From Heterodontus francisci (taxonomy: Eukaryota), in the NCBI RefSeq assembly GCF_036365525.1, contig NC_090403.1, positions 51,089,095 to 51,153,094 on the forward strand: a stretch of DNA of 64,000 bases, given 5' to 3'. Below, in pieces: positions 49,606 to 61,992 of the stretch (within the stretch, counting starts at the first letter, position 1; each line of letters starts with the position of its first letter). A program made the translations under genes and the position numbers. The notes below the pieces were generated by a model, which had not been told where the DNA came from, did not search any database, and saw only the letters and a program-made list of their open reading frames with translations.

Positions 49606-50078
49606 TGTGGAAGAAACTAGAGCAAAATAAATCAAACTTCCTCGGATGAGTACTCGCAAACTACTTTATTAACTTGTGCACAAGGAGAACAAACACAGTA
49701 GAGCTCACATTGAGACTCAGTGCGATGTTCTAAAGAATTACAGTCAAACAGTGGCAATTATACTATTCTGCAACCAATAATCTTACAACAATATTTCAAT
49801 CCTTAATTTGCATTCTAAAGCACCAATAATATTACAATTTAATTCTTGCTCTAAACGAAGATACAGTAATTTTCAATCCTTCGTTTACATATCTATCTCA
49901 CCATTGGCCTTGCAGCTGGTACAGCGCAACAACAGAAAGAGGCATCAGGCTTCAACAACACCCTTCTTATCTCATCAGCCAGACATGGCACATTCCTAAG
50001 GAACAGTTTTCGTGAGAAACATATTGACCAAGCAAACTCACACCCCTAGTCCAGGGATGGCTCACCTTAGGTTCCACA
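49606..50078 (-). repeat. 5' LTR of ERV
   Basis: 473 bp; differs from the 3' LTR by 3 transitions and one 3-nt indel by manual comparison. Confidence 0.96.
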
Positions 50079-50635
50079 GCATCAAGTCACCTTTTATCTG
50101 TTTTTAAAAAAAATTCAATTCAGGCTTCCAGCCGGTGGATTAAAATTCATCATTCGATGTAGCACATTTTCGACACACTTTTATGACATGGGAAGGTGAT
50201 ATCATCAGGAAATGGGCAAAGGATCCTAATCTTTGATTGCAATCAGTTTTGTCCCTTTCTAATAACCAGTTTCTGTAAGGTTGAGGGTTCAGTGCATGAG
50301 TCAGTTGCATTTATGCATTCAGGGCCACAATAGAGAGCTTTATAAATAAGGGACCCACATGCTGGACATATCACAATACTCCACCATCATTTCATGGAAT
50401 CATTTGCTTGAAATATGATCATCAGAAATTTATGACCTCCAACAGTACATTTTGTTCCAATAAAAACTACAGGATTGAGAACTGTACAAAGCATATTTTT
50501 AATCAGAAATCTTGCAACTTAAAAGGTTCTACCTTTCTCTGTGGGAGATACCAAAACTAAGGGCTATAAATATAGGATAGTCACCAATAAATGAAAGAGG
50601 AAATTCTTGAGAAACCTCCTTACCCACCGTCCAAC

Positions 50636-52556
50636 CTGAGAGTGTTAAGAAGCATTTGCAACCATCTTCAGCCAGAGTTGCTGAGTGGATAATCCATCTT
50701 GATCTTCTCCTGAGTTCCCCACCATCATAGATGCCAGTCTTCAGACAACTCGTTTCACTCTACATGATATCAAGAAACGGCTGAAGGCACTGGACACTGC
50801 AAAGACTATGGGCCCAGATGACATCCCAGCTGCAGTACTGAAGACTTGAGCTCCAAAGTTAGCTGTGCCCCCAGCCAAGCTGTTCAAGTACAGCTACAAC
50901 ACAGGCATCTACCTACCAACATGAGAAACCGTCCAGGTATGAGGTATGTCCTGTACACAAAAAGCAGGACAAACCTAATCCAGCCAGTTACCATCCCATC
51001 AATCTACTCTCAATCATTATCAAAGTGATGGAAGGGGTTGTCAACAAAGCCAGCAAAGTGCATTTGTTCAGCAACAACCTGCTCACTGATGCTCCAACAG
51101 TCAATTTATATAAATGACTTAGATGAAGGGACTGAAGGTATGGTTGCTAAATTTGCTGATGACACAAAGATAGGTAGGAAAGTAAGTTGCGATGAGAAGA
51201 TAAGGAGGCTACAAAGGGACATAGACAGGTTAAGTGAATGGGAAAAGATCTGGCAAATGGTGTATAATGTGAAAAATGTGAAATTGTCCATTTTGGCAGG
51301 AAGAATGAAAAAGAAGCATATTATCTAAATGATGAGATATTGCAGAGCTCTGAGATGCAGAGGGATCTGGGTGTCCTAGTGTATGAATCGCAAAAGGTTA
51401 GTATGCAGGTACAACACGTAATTAGGAAAGCTAATAGAATGTTATCATTTATCGCGAGGGGAATTGAATACAAAAGTAGGGAGGTTATGCTTCAGTTATA
51501 CAGGGCATTGATGAGACCACATCTGGAGTACTGTGTACAGTATTGGTCTCCTTATTTAAAGGAAAGATATAAATGCGTTGGAAGCAGTTGAGAGAAGGTT
51601 TACTAGACAAATACCTGGAATGGGCGGGCTATCTTATGAGGAAAGATTGGACAGGCTAGGCTTGTATCTGCTGGAATTTAGAAGAGTAAGAGGCAACCTG
51701 ATTGAAACATATAAGATCCTGAGGGGTCTTGACAGGGTTGATGTGAAAAGGACCTCATTACAGCCTTGGTCCAAACATAGACAGAAGAGGTGAGGTGAGA
51801 GTGAATGTCCTTGACATCAAGGCAGCATTTGACCAAGTGTGGCATCAAGGAGCCCTAGCAAAATTGAAGTCAATGGGAATCGGGGAAAACTCTCCATTGT
51901 CATACTGTCACACTTAACACAAAGGAAGAGGGTTGTGGTCGTTGATGAGGAAACATCTCAGCCCCAGGATATCACCGCAGGAGTTCCTCAGGGTAGTGTC
52001 CTAGGCCCAACCATCTTCAGCTACTTTATCAATGACCTTCCTTTCAACAAAAGGTCAGAGGTGGGGATGGTCGTTGATGATTGCAGAGAGTTTAGAACCA
52101 TTCACAGCTCCTCAGATACTGAAGCAGTCCTTGTCCGCGTGCAGCAAGACCTGGACAATTCAGGCTTGGGCTGAGAAGTGGCAAGTGAAATTCGCATCAC
52201 ACAAGTGCCAGGCAATGATCATCTCCAACAAAAGAGAATCTGACCATATCCCATTAACTCGCTAAGTCTCCTTCAACAGCACCTTCCAAACCCACAACCT
52301 CTACCACCTAGAAGGACAAGGGCAGCAGATGCATGGGAACACCACCAACTGCAAGTTCCCCTCCAAGTCACTCACCATCCTGACTTGGAACTATGTCGCC
52401 ATTCCTTCACTGTCGCTGGGTCAAAATCCTGGAACCCCCTTCCTTACAGCACTGTGGGTGTACCTACATCAGATGGACTGCAGCAGTTCAAGAAGATGGC
52501 TCACCATCACCTTCTCAAGGACAAATGTGTATGGGCAATAAATACTGGCCTTGCCA
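50636..52556 (+). mobile_element. Decayed CR1/L2-group LINE interrupted by a CR1 fragment (51103-51750)
   Basis: Flanks match the family at 59450-61230 ([14 protein letters not shown]; ATAAATACTGGCCTTGCC tail). The insert has [10 protein letters not shown] and RPHLEYCVQYWSP. Confidence 0.8.
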
Positions 52557-53882
52557 AAGAGAATCAATAATTAAAAAGAATATGGAGCTCACTACCACAA
52601 GGAGCAGTTGAGGCAAATAGCATAGATGCAGTTAAGGGGAAGCTAGATAAGCACATGAGGGAGAAATGAATAGAAGGGTTATGCTGATAGGGTGAGATGA
52701 AGAGAGGTGGGAGGAGGCTCATGTGCAGCATAAATGACCAATTCTGCCGAATGGCTTGTTTCTGTGCTGTGAATTCTATGTAATTGATTAAAACAAATTA
52801 GAGCAGTTGCAGTATCTACTAGGGCAGCCATAAATGTCATTGTATTTTATGTTGGATGACATACTTAAATACAGAATCATGTCCAATCATGCCCTTAGCT
52901 GAAGTCTACGCACAACTCCGGTACACCTGAGGACACTACTTGGCATTGTTATTGGACAATTTTTGCTAGATAAGGGTATAAAAGGATACAGAGCTAAGGC
53001 AGGTGGATCATGGCTTTGTGCAACACTCTTTACCCCAATGGTGCAGGGGAAGAGTCTGCATATGGACCCTTCCACTGGGGACTCCTGCCTTCACTGCAGT
53101 GTCAATTGTGGCTCAGCTGGTAGCATTCTTGCCTCTGTGTCAGAAGGTTGTAGGTTCCAGAACTTGTGTACAAAAATCAAGGCTGACACTCCACTGCAGT
53201 ACTGAGTGAGTGCTGCACTCAGTGGTGTCATCTCTTGGATAAGATGTTAAATCAAGCCCCTGTCTTCCCTCTCAAGTGGATTAAAAAAATCCCATGGCAC
53301 TATTCTGAAGAAGAGCAGAGGACTTTATCCCTGGTGCCCTCGCCTATCAACATCACAAAAACAGATTATCTGGCCATTATCACATTGATGTCCGTGGGAG
53401 CTTGTTGTGTGCAAATGTACTGCCATATTTCCGACATTACAACACTTCTTTGGCTGTAAAGTGCTTTGAGATGTTGGCGCTGTAGAAATGAAAGTTTTTT
53501 TCCACTGGATAGCAAGATGGTAAAGCAGGGGGTGTCCAGGCAGCAAATGAGGGCGAGTACAGGAAATTACTCTGTGCAGAATGATATAGAGGGAATTTCC
53601 AAGAGTTGGTTCAAGGAGGAGTTTTCTGAGCGTTGTGAGGACGGCCAACCCTCCAGGCCTGTTCTGAAGTCTCCAGGAATTGAAGATTAATTTCATGAAA
53701 ACTGCTGGGGAAAAGTTACTGGAACAATAAAACTTTTGTCCTTTTATCTTTGAAGAGCAGTTGCACGCATTTGCTGCCCTCCAGCCCAGGGGGCAGCAGA
53801 GGCAGCGGCCGCTCCGAGTTCCAGTATCCGGAGCTGCGTCGCCTGGAACCGGGGGAGAGGTTGAGAGAACTGCGAGGCTGTG

Positions 53883-53900
53883 ATGGGTGGCGGTGACCTA
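53883..53900 (+). CDS. CWC25: Pre-mRNA splicing factor CWC25, exon 1
   Basis: ATG GGT GGC GGT GAC CTA | GTGAGT = MGGGDL in a CpG-rich context. Confidence 0.93.
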
Positions 53901-54005
53901 GTGAGTATTTTTGGCGAGCGAGAGGACAGGGACAGGTAATAAATTTAGTTGGGAGTCTGAGGCCCACAGCAGCATCTCGGCCGTTTAAAAATTGGGAAGG
54001 GACAA

Positions 54006-55240
54006 GGGAGGAGGGAGGAGGGTGAAGGGGGGGGGGTAGTGGGAGGGAGGAGGGTGAAGGGGGGGGGTAGTGGGAGGGAGGAGGGTGAAGGGGGGGGTAG
54101 TGGGAGGGAGGAGGGTGAAGGGGGGGGTAGTGGGAGGGAGGAGGGAGAAGGGGGGGTCGTGGGAGGGAGGAGGGTGAAGGGGGGGGTCGTGGGAGGGAGG
54201 AGGGTGAAGGGGGGGGTAGTGGGAGGGAGGAGGGTGAAGGGGGGGGTAGTGGGAGGGAGGAGGGTGAAGGGGGGGTAGTGGGAGGGGGGAGGGAGAAGGG
54301 GGGGTCGTGGGAGGGAGGAGGGTGAAGGGGGGGGTAGTGGGAGGGAGGAGGGTGGGTAGTGGGAGGGAGAAGGGGGGGTAGTGGGAGGGAGAAGGGGGGG
54401 TAGTGGGAGGGAGGAGGGGGGGTAGTGGGAGGGAGGAGGGTGAAGGGGGGGTAGTGGGAGGGAGGAGGGTGAAGGGGGGGGTAGTGGGAGGGAGAAGGGG
54501 GGGTAGTGGGAGGGGGGAGGGAGAAGGGGGGGTAGTGGGAGGGTGAAGGGGGGGTAGTGGGAGGGAGGAGGGTGAAGGGGGGGTAGTGGGAGGGAGGAGG
54601 GAGAAGGGGGGGTAGTGGGAGGGAGGAGGGTGAAGGGGGGGGGTAGTGGGAGGGAGGAGGGTGAAGGGGGGGTAGTGGGAGGGAGAAGTGGGGGTAGTGG
54701 GAGGGAGGAGGGGGGGTAGTGGGAGGGAGGGAGGAGGGTGAAGGGGGGGGTAGTGGGAGGGAGGGAGGAGGGTGAAGGGGGGGTAGTGGGAGGGAGGAGG
54801 GTGAAGGGGGGGTAGTGGGAGGGAGGAGGGTGAAGGGGGGGTAGTGGGAGGGAGGAGGGTGAAGGGGGGGTAGTGGGAGGGAGGAGGGTGAAGGGGGGGG
54901 TTAGTGGGAGGGAGGAGGGTGAAGGGGGGGGTTAGTGGGAGGGAGGAGGGTGAAGGGGGGGTTAGTGGGAGGGTGAAGGGGGGGGTTAGTGGGAGGGAGG
55001 AGGGTGAAGGGGCGGTAGTGGGAGGGAGGAGGGTGAAGGGGGGGTAGTGGGAGGGAGGAGGATCAAGGGGGGATAGTGGGAGGGAGGAGGATCAAGGGGG
55101 GATAGTGGGAGGGAGGAGGATCAAGGGGGGATAGTGGGAGGGAGGAGGATCAAGGGGGGGTAGTGGGAGGGAGGAGGATCAAGGGGGGGTAGTGGGAGGG
55201 AGGAGAATGAAGGGGGTAGTGGGAGGGAGGAGGATAAAGG
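54006..55240 (+). repeat. G-rich minisatellite (~29-30 bp unit) in CWC25 intron 1
   Basis: Unit GTAGTGGGAGGGAGGAGGGTGAAGGGGGG(G), with internally deleted variants and a GGATCAAGGGGGGATAGT variant at the 3' end; purine-rich tail continues to ~55457. Confidence 0.95.
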
Positions 55241-56805
55241 GGGTGTGCAAGGTGGGAAGAGGGAGTGAGGGATGGTGTGAGGAGGGAGTGGGGGGGGTTG
55301 GAGGGAGGGGGTGAGGGATGGTGTGAGGAGGGAGTGGGGGAGGGGGCAAGGGATGGTGTGAGGAGGGGGAGAGGTGTAGGGGGAGGGGAAGGGAGGGAGA
55401 TAGAGGGAGAGAGAGGTAGAGCGGGAAGGGGAGACAGAGCAGGGAAGGGAGAGGGAGCTGATCAATAAGATTGTGACAAAGAGCAGTGATGGTCAGAATT
55501 AGCTGTGATTATTTTGGATTTTCTTTTCTTTTTCAGTCATATTCTCAGGGATAACAGACAGGACTGGGAGCTAGAGCTGATTTTACACTTGTAATTCTGG
55601 GCCACTGAGGCTGTTGTTGCCCATCAACTACCTTGTACACCTGCGAATGAGCCCAAGACCCTCCTGGTCTATTGTCTGATCCACTCGCTATGTCACCGAG
55701 CTGACTAATCAAAAGATTATCAGTGATGTTTAATATTCCTGGATGAGTAGTGCTGAGTCCAGTTTTATCTTCAGAGCTGGTGTGTGATTCAGTCACTGTC
55801 CAGCCTGTTGGATAACTCCCATGTTTTGTGGATACACAAAGTGTGTATTCTCTGCATTGTTCAAGTGAAGATTACATAGTGAAAGTAAAGATCATGCTTA
55901 CACTCATGATATCAGTGACTGTGTGATTTCACAAGGTGATTTCCACTGGGCTTTATTTTGGGATGTCGCTGTTTAAATTAATTTTAATTGATAGCCTTTT
56001 AATTGCTTTAGAGAATGTTATGATTAGATTCAATCTATCATTAGGAATTCATTAAATTGTAATGGTGACCATATAAAATTGTCACGTTCTCGGCTAATTT
56101 CAAGCATTAGGTTTAATTGAGTGCTAGCGCTGTCGTCCTTGAGTCAGAATGTGATGGGTTATTATCTAAGCACATTATCTAGATTACCATTTCATTGCTA
56201 TACTGAGGGACTCTTCCATTGTCAGCGGTGCTGACTTTCAATTTGAGGTCCCATACACCTATTTAGGTGGACAACATAAAGGATCCCACAGAATCTAGCA
56301 ACTGGAGTTGGCCATTCAGCCCCTCGAGCCTGTTCCATTGGATTAGATCCTGGATGATCTGTATCTTAACCCCATTTACCAGCCTTTGTTCTGTATCCTT
56401 CATAGGCTTGTGTCCTAGCCAATAATGCTCCTTCAATCAATACTGCCAAAACAGAACCCAGAATCAGTGATCATTGATGTTGTTTGCTTTGTGTTACTTT
56501 GTGTACTTTGACTGTTGCCAGTTTCTGAGCACATCAGAACAATAGTAAATGACCTGTGTTGGACCTTGATGCTTTCCTGGGGCAATATCATACAATGTGA
56601 ATGAACGAAGTGATGATATTACGGCAAAACTATGGGAAATATTTACTCTTAAATCCAAATTCTTTTGAAAAGAAAGACAAAATTCTTGTAAGCAAAATGA
56701 GTTCCTGTCCCAGTTAAGCATTGGTCGCTTGCTTTTTATTTGTGGGAAATTTTTTTGATGCGTAAAAGGAAATCAAGTGAAATTTTTTTCGCCTGCCGCT
56801 TTCAG

Positions 56806-56978
56806 AATCTAAAGAAAAGCTGGCACCCACAGACTTTGAAAAATGTTGAACGGGTGTGGAAAGCAGAACAGAAGCATGAAGCGGAAAAGAAAAAGATTGA
56901 GGAGCTTCAGCGGGAGCTCCGCGAGGAGCGAGCTCGTGAGGAGATGCAGCGCTATGCGGAGGATAGTGGTGCTCTGAA
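56806..56978 (+). CDS. CWC25: CWC25 exon 2
   Basis: ttcAG | NLKKSWHPQTLKNVERVWKAEQKHEAEKKKIEELQRELREERAREEMQRYAEDSGAL | GTAAGT; 173 nt. Confidence 0.97.
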
Positions 56979-57149
56979 GTAAGTTGGTAAAGTTCAGGTT
57001 GTGATGTTTGGGTCCTGACTGCAAAATACAGAACAGAAGGAGTTCAAGAAGGGAGCACAATATTAACTTTGTGTGGATTTTACAGTGGCTTAAAATAATT
57101 AGTCGTTGTGCACAATTTGCAACTGTAATGTGTTGAATCATAAAAGCTT

Positions 57150-57905
57150 TCAGCACAGGAGGTCATTTAGCCCATCATGCCTGTGCTGGCTCTTTGATAG
57201 GGCAGCTAGGCTTAGTCTCACACCCCTGCTTTTTGTCTGCTACTCTGTAAGTTTCTCATCCTCAAGTACCTCTCCAAATCCCTTTTAAAATTATTTATGG
57301 AATCAGCTTCCACAACTTTTTCAGGAAGAGCGTTCCAGACCTTTTCATCTCCCCTGTAGATCTTTTTGCCAATGATTTTATGTCTGGCCTCTGGTTGTTG
57401 ACCCACTTGCCAGAGGAAATACTGTTTCCCTATCTATTCAACACCTCTCGTCTTGGAAAAAAAAAACTATTAGGTTTCCCCCTTAACCTTCTCTGCTCTA
57501 AGAAAAACAATCCCAGCTTCTTCAATCTCTCCACTTAACTGAAGTCACTCATCACTGGTATTGTCTTGGTAAACCTCATCTGTACCCTTTCCAAGGTCTT
57601 TACATCTTTCCTGAAGAATGGTGCTTCGAATTGTCCAGAATGTTCCAGCTGCGGCCTAACCAGTGATTTATAAAAGTTCTACCATGATCTCTTTGCTTTT
57701 GCATTTGATTCCTCTATATCTAAACCCAAGTAACCCATATGCTTTTTAAGCACTGTATCATCTTTCTCTGCTGCCTTTTAGGATTTGTGCATTTGGAGAC
57801 CAAGATCTCTGTGCTCATCTACACCTTTCAAAATTGTGCCATTTATAGAATATCTCCTAAAGTGCATTACTTTACACTTCTCTGCAGTGAACTCCATCTG
57901 CCAGG
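57150..57905 (-). mobile_element. Decayed CR1 in CWC25 intron 2 (another on + at 58060-58545)
   Basis: VWNALPEKVVEADSINNFKRDLERYL on -; ERLEKLGLFFLEQRRLRGDLI on +. Confidence 0.8.
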
Positions 57906-58728
57906 CTACAGATGTAAAAATATTTAACTTTTCGTCACATTCTTTGCCCTGGTTTATCTATGGTTTCTGACGCAATATCTAAAAATAAAATTAATTCTCA
58001 TTGTGGGGAATAAGTTGCAGATGCTGGAAACCTGAAGTAAGTACTGGAAATCATCCGCAGGTGAGTCGAGGGAAGTTAAGCCAAAACTTTATAAATCACT
58101 GGTTAGGCATCCAAGAGTCATTATGGCATTTAAGGAGGCCATTCATCTGGAGTATTGTTTCCAATTCCAGGTACCGCACTTTTGGAAGGATGTTGGGGCC
58201 TTGGTGAAGTGCAGAGTAGATTTACTAGAATGTTACCTGGGTTGAGGAGCTTCAGTTAAGTGGAGAGACTAGAGAAGTTGGGTTTGTTTTTCTTAGAGCA
58301 GCGAAGGTTAAGAGGAGATCTGATACAGGTGTTCAATATCATAGAGGGTTTTGACAGAAGAAATAAGGATAAACTATTTCCACTGGCAGAAGGGTCAGTA
58401 ATCAGAGGACATAAAATTAAGGTAATTGGAATGCACTATTTGAAAGAGGAAAGAGCAGAAGAGTGGGACTAATTGGATAGCTCGTTCAAAGAGCTGGCAC
58501 AGGTGGGATGGGCCAAATGGCCTCCTTCTGTGCAGTAAGATTCTGTGATTTCATATTCTTACGTGACATATACTGGAGTCTGGAGTGAATTTATGTTGAC
58601 TGCATGATACAGTGGAACAGTCTCCTCACCTACAGAAAGAGCTTTGAGAGTCCCTAGGAGTAGCATGGTTGCCGTCTAAATGTTTTTTGTGTTGGTAAAC
58701 TAATGCAAGGTTGACTTTTTGCCTGCAG

Positions 58729-58965
58729 GAAGAAGTCTGATCGACTTGATTGGATGTATCAAGGGCCCAGCAGTATGGTGAACAAAGAAGAATACTTGCT
58801 GGGTAGACCTATTGACAAGTATGCTACAGATAAGATGGTGGATGAGGAGTCTGGGCCCCTTTCTGATACTGGGTTGCTCCCTGGCTCCATATTTTCAGCA
58901 ACGGGGGCTAACTCTACATTGGATATGGCTTCTAAAATACGTGAAGACCCACTTTTTATGATCAG
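58729..58965 (+). CDS. CWC25: CWC25 exon 3
   Basis: tgcAG | KKSDRLDWMYQGPSSMVNKEEYLLGRPIDK..GLLPGSIF..DMASKIREDPLFMI | GTAGGA; 237 nt. Confidence 0.96.
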
Positions 58966-59449
58966 GTAGGAGAAATTGTTCACTACTCAATTTATGTCCG
59001 CTCAAACTTGGGGATAAAAGCTAAAGTGCCCAGTATTGAAACTGAGACATACAGACTAGGAAGGTCTCGGTTCAGACCTTGGATTGTGTTAAGTCTGTGC
59101 TGAGTAAGCTGATCTCGGCTAACTGCTCTAGCAATGTGAGCATTACAGATTCCTACTTCAGGTAAACAGGGATTAAAAAGAAACATCCAGGGCTTCCTTT
59201 TCTGATTGCAGTTCAGTTAGCTCTCAAAGAAAATGTGCAAATGTGAATATCAGGATTGGCGAATCAGCTGAAATGCTGTCTACAACAACAACAACTTGTA
59301 TTTATAAGGCCCCTTTAACATAGTACATGTCCCAGGGTGCTTTACTGGAGTATTGTATCCAAACTTTGACACCAAGCCGCATAATGAAATATTAGGATAG
59401 GTGGCCAAAAGCTTGGTCAAAGAGGTAGGTTTTAAGCTTTTTTTATTTG

Positions 59450-61232
59450 TTCGGTGGATGTGGGCGTCGCTGGCTAAGCCAGCATTTATTGTCCATCCCT
59501 TATTGCCCTTGAGAAGGTGGTGGTGAGCTGGGGTCTAGGTACACCAATAATACTGTTAGGAAGCAAGTTCCAGGATTTTGACCCAGTGACAGTGAAGGAA
59601 CAGCGATATAGTTCCAAGTCTGGATGGTGTGTGGCTTGGAGGGGAACTTGCAGGTGGTGGTGTTCCCATGCATTTGCTGTCCTTGTCCTTCTAGGTGATG
59701 GAGGTCGCGGGTTTGGAAGGTGCTGTCGAAGGAGCCTTGGTGCGTTACTGCAGTGCATCTTGTAGATGGTACACACAGCTGCCACTGTGCATTGGTGGTA
59801 GAGGGAATAAATGTTGAAGATGGTGGATGGGGTGCCAGTCAAGCGAGCTGCTTTGGCCTGGATGGTGTCAGCCTTCTTGAGTGTTGTTGGAGCTGCACCC
59901 ATCATGGCAAGTGGAGAGTATTCCATCACACTCCTGACTTGTGCCTTGTAGATGGTGGACAGGCTTTGGGGAGACAGGAGGTGAGTTACTCGCTGAAGAA
60001 TTCCCAGCCTCTGACCTCTTGTAGCCACGGTATTTATATGGCTACTCCAGTTCAGTTTCTGGTCAATGGTGACCCCCAGGATGTTGATAGTGGGGGATTC
60101 AGCGATGGTGATGACATTTAACATCAAGGGGACATGATTAGATTCTCTCTTGTTTGAGATGGTCATTGCCTGCCACTTGTGAGGCACGAATGGTACTTGC
60201 CACTTATCAGCCCAAGCCTGCATGTTGTCTAGGTCTTACTGCAGATGGCCATGGGCTGCTTCAGTAACTGAGGAGTCGTGAATGGTGCTGTATATTGTGC
60301 AATCATCGGCGAACATCCCCACTTCTGACCTTATGATGGAGGGAATGTCATTGATGAAGCAGCTGAAGATGGTTGGGCCTAGAACACTACCCTGAGGAAC
60401 TCCTGCTGTGATGTCCTGGGACTGAGATGATTGACCTCCAACAACCACAACCATCTTCCTTTGCACTAGGTTTGACTCCAACCAGTGGAGAGTTTTCCCC
60501 CTGATTCCCATTGACTCCAGTTTGCTGGGGCTCCTTGATGCCATATGGGTCAAATGCTGCCTTGATGTCAAGGACAATCACTTTCACCTCACCTCTGGAG
60601 TTCAGCTCTTTTGTCCATGTTTGGACCAAGGCTGTAATGAGGTCAGGAGCTGAGTGGCCAAACCAAGCATCAGTGAGCAGGTTATTGCTGAGCAAGTGCT
60701 GCTTGATATCACTGTCGACAACCCCTTCCTTCACTTTGCTGATGATCGAGAGTAGACTCTTGGGGCGGTAATTGGCCGGGTTGAATTTCTCCTGGTTTTT
60801 GTGCACAGGAAACAACTGGGCAAATTTCCACATTGACGGATAGATGCCAGTACTGGAACAGCTTGGCTAGGGCGCAGCTAGTTCTGGAGCACAAGTCTTC
60901 AGTACTATTGCCACAATGTTGTCAGGGCTCATATCCTTTGCAGTAAGCAGTGCCTTCAGCCATTTCTTGATATCACGCGGAGTGAATTGAATTGGCTGAA
61001 GACTGGCATCTGTGATGCTGGGGACCTCAGAAAGAGGCCGAGATGGATCATCCACTCAGCACTTCAGGCTGAAGATTGTTGCAAATGCTTCAGCCTTGTC
61101 TTTTGCACTGATGTGCTGGGCTCCCCCCATTGTTGAGGATGGGAATGTTTGTGGAGCCTCCTCCTGTCAGTTGTTTAATTGTCCACCACCATTCACGACT
61201 GGATGTGGCAGGACTGCAAAGCTTAGATCTGA
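59450..61232 (-). mobile_element. CR1/L2-group LINE (RT region), nested in an L2 3' fragment
   Basis: [52 protein letters not shown] and YKAQVRSVMEYS; frameshifted. Confidence 0.9.
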
Positions 61233-61922
61233 TCTTTTCTCCTTCTCCTTGAAGAGAGAGAGATGGAGAGATTTAGGGAGGGATTTCCAGATCTTGGGGC
61301 CAAGACAGCTGAAAGCATGGTTGCCAATGGTGGAGCAATGAAAATCGGCAATGCACAAAATTGGAGGAGCGCAGAGATTTTGGAGGGTTGTAGGGCTGCA
61401 GAAGATTACAGATATAGGGAGGGGCGAGCCCATGAAAGCGGGGATGAAATTTTTACAATTGACAATCAAATAGCCTGCCTACAGCCACTGTCTGGGCTGT
61501 CACATGAAACAAATCACTTGAGCTGGTGGCTGTGTGACTGCATGCCAGCAGGAGTTGCCTTTTGGAGAGTTTTGAAAGACACGGTAGAAAAAAAAACATT
61601 AGTTTGCAGTATACTGCAGTGTATGAGCGTGATGCACGATCATGCCTTTTTTGGGTTCTTGGTCTCATTTAGCAGGGGCTTGGCACTTCCTTATAGAAGG
61701 GGAAGGAAGACTGGAAGGCATGTCATCCATAGCAACTAGTTGCAGAATCTCATGGGCAGAGGAAAAGGAGGAGGCCTCAGAGAATGATGCATGGAATGTA
61801 AGAGGGACAGGGGATCCCTATTTCTTCAGTTTGATCACTGCCATATCTAATCCTCGCACATTTTGACTTCATTAACAGAAACTACTTGATGTATTGATTT
61901 CTTTCTAAACCGTTTTTTTTAG

Positions 61923-61992
61923 GAAGCGTGAGGAAGAGAAAAAGAGGGAGGTTTTAACTAATCCCATGAAAATGAAGATGATCAGACAAATA
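61923..61992 (+). CDS. CWC25: CWC25 exon 4
   Basis: tttAG | (R)KREEEKKREVLTNPMKMKMIRQI | GTAAGT; 70 nt; phases match exons 3 and 5. Confidence 0.94.

Larger units (their letters stand above)
43615..50078 (-). mobile_element. Endogenous retrovirus, two-LTR provirus, non-autonomous
   Basis: Direct repeats of 476 and 473 bp with TGTGGAA..TTCCACA ends; 4-bp TSD GCAT (43611-43614, 50079-50082); PBS, PPT and gag/RT/env/IN remnants on the - strand. Confidence 0.96.
42600..50188 (-). mobile_element. Older solo LTR split by the ERV (parts 42600-43614 and 50083-50188)
   Basis: Starts TGTTACAATCAGGTGAG, the reverse complement of the 3' end of the 31767 LTR family, and ends ..TTATGACA. Contains a (CA)n at ~42849-42885; TSD not recognisable. 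Confidence 0.55.

Noticed and set aside
54039-54278. Gly-rich ORF (and Pro-rich antisense ORF 55121-55465)
   Set aside because: By-products of the G-rich minisatellite.
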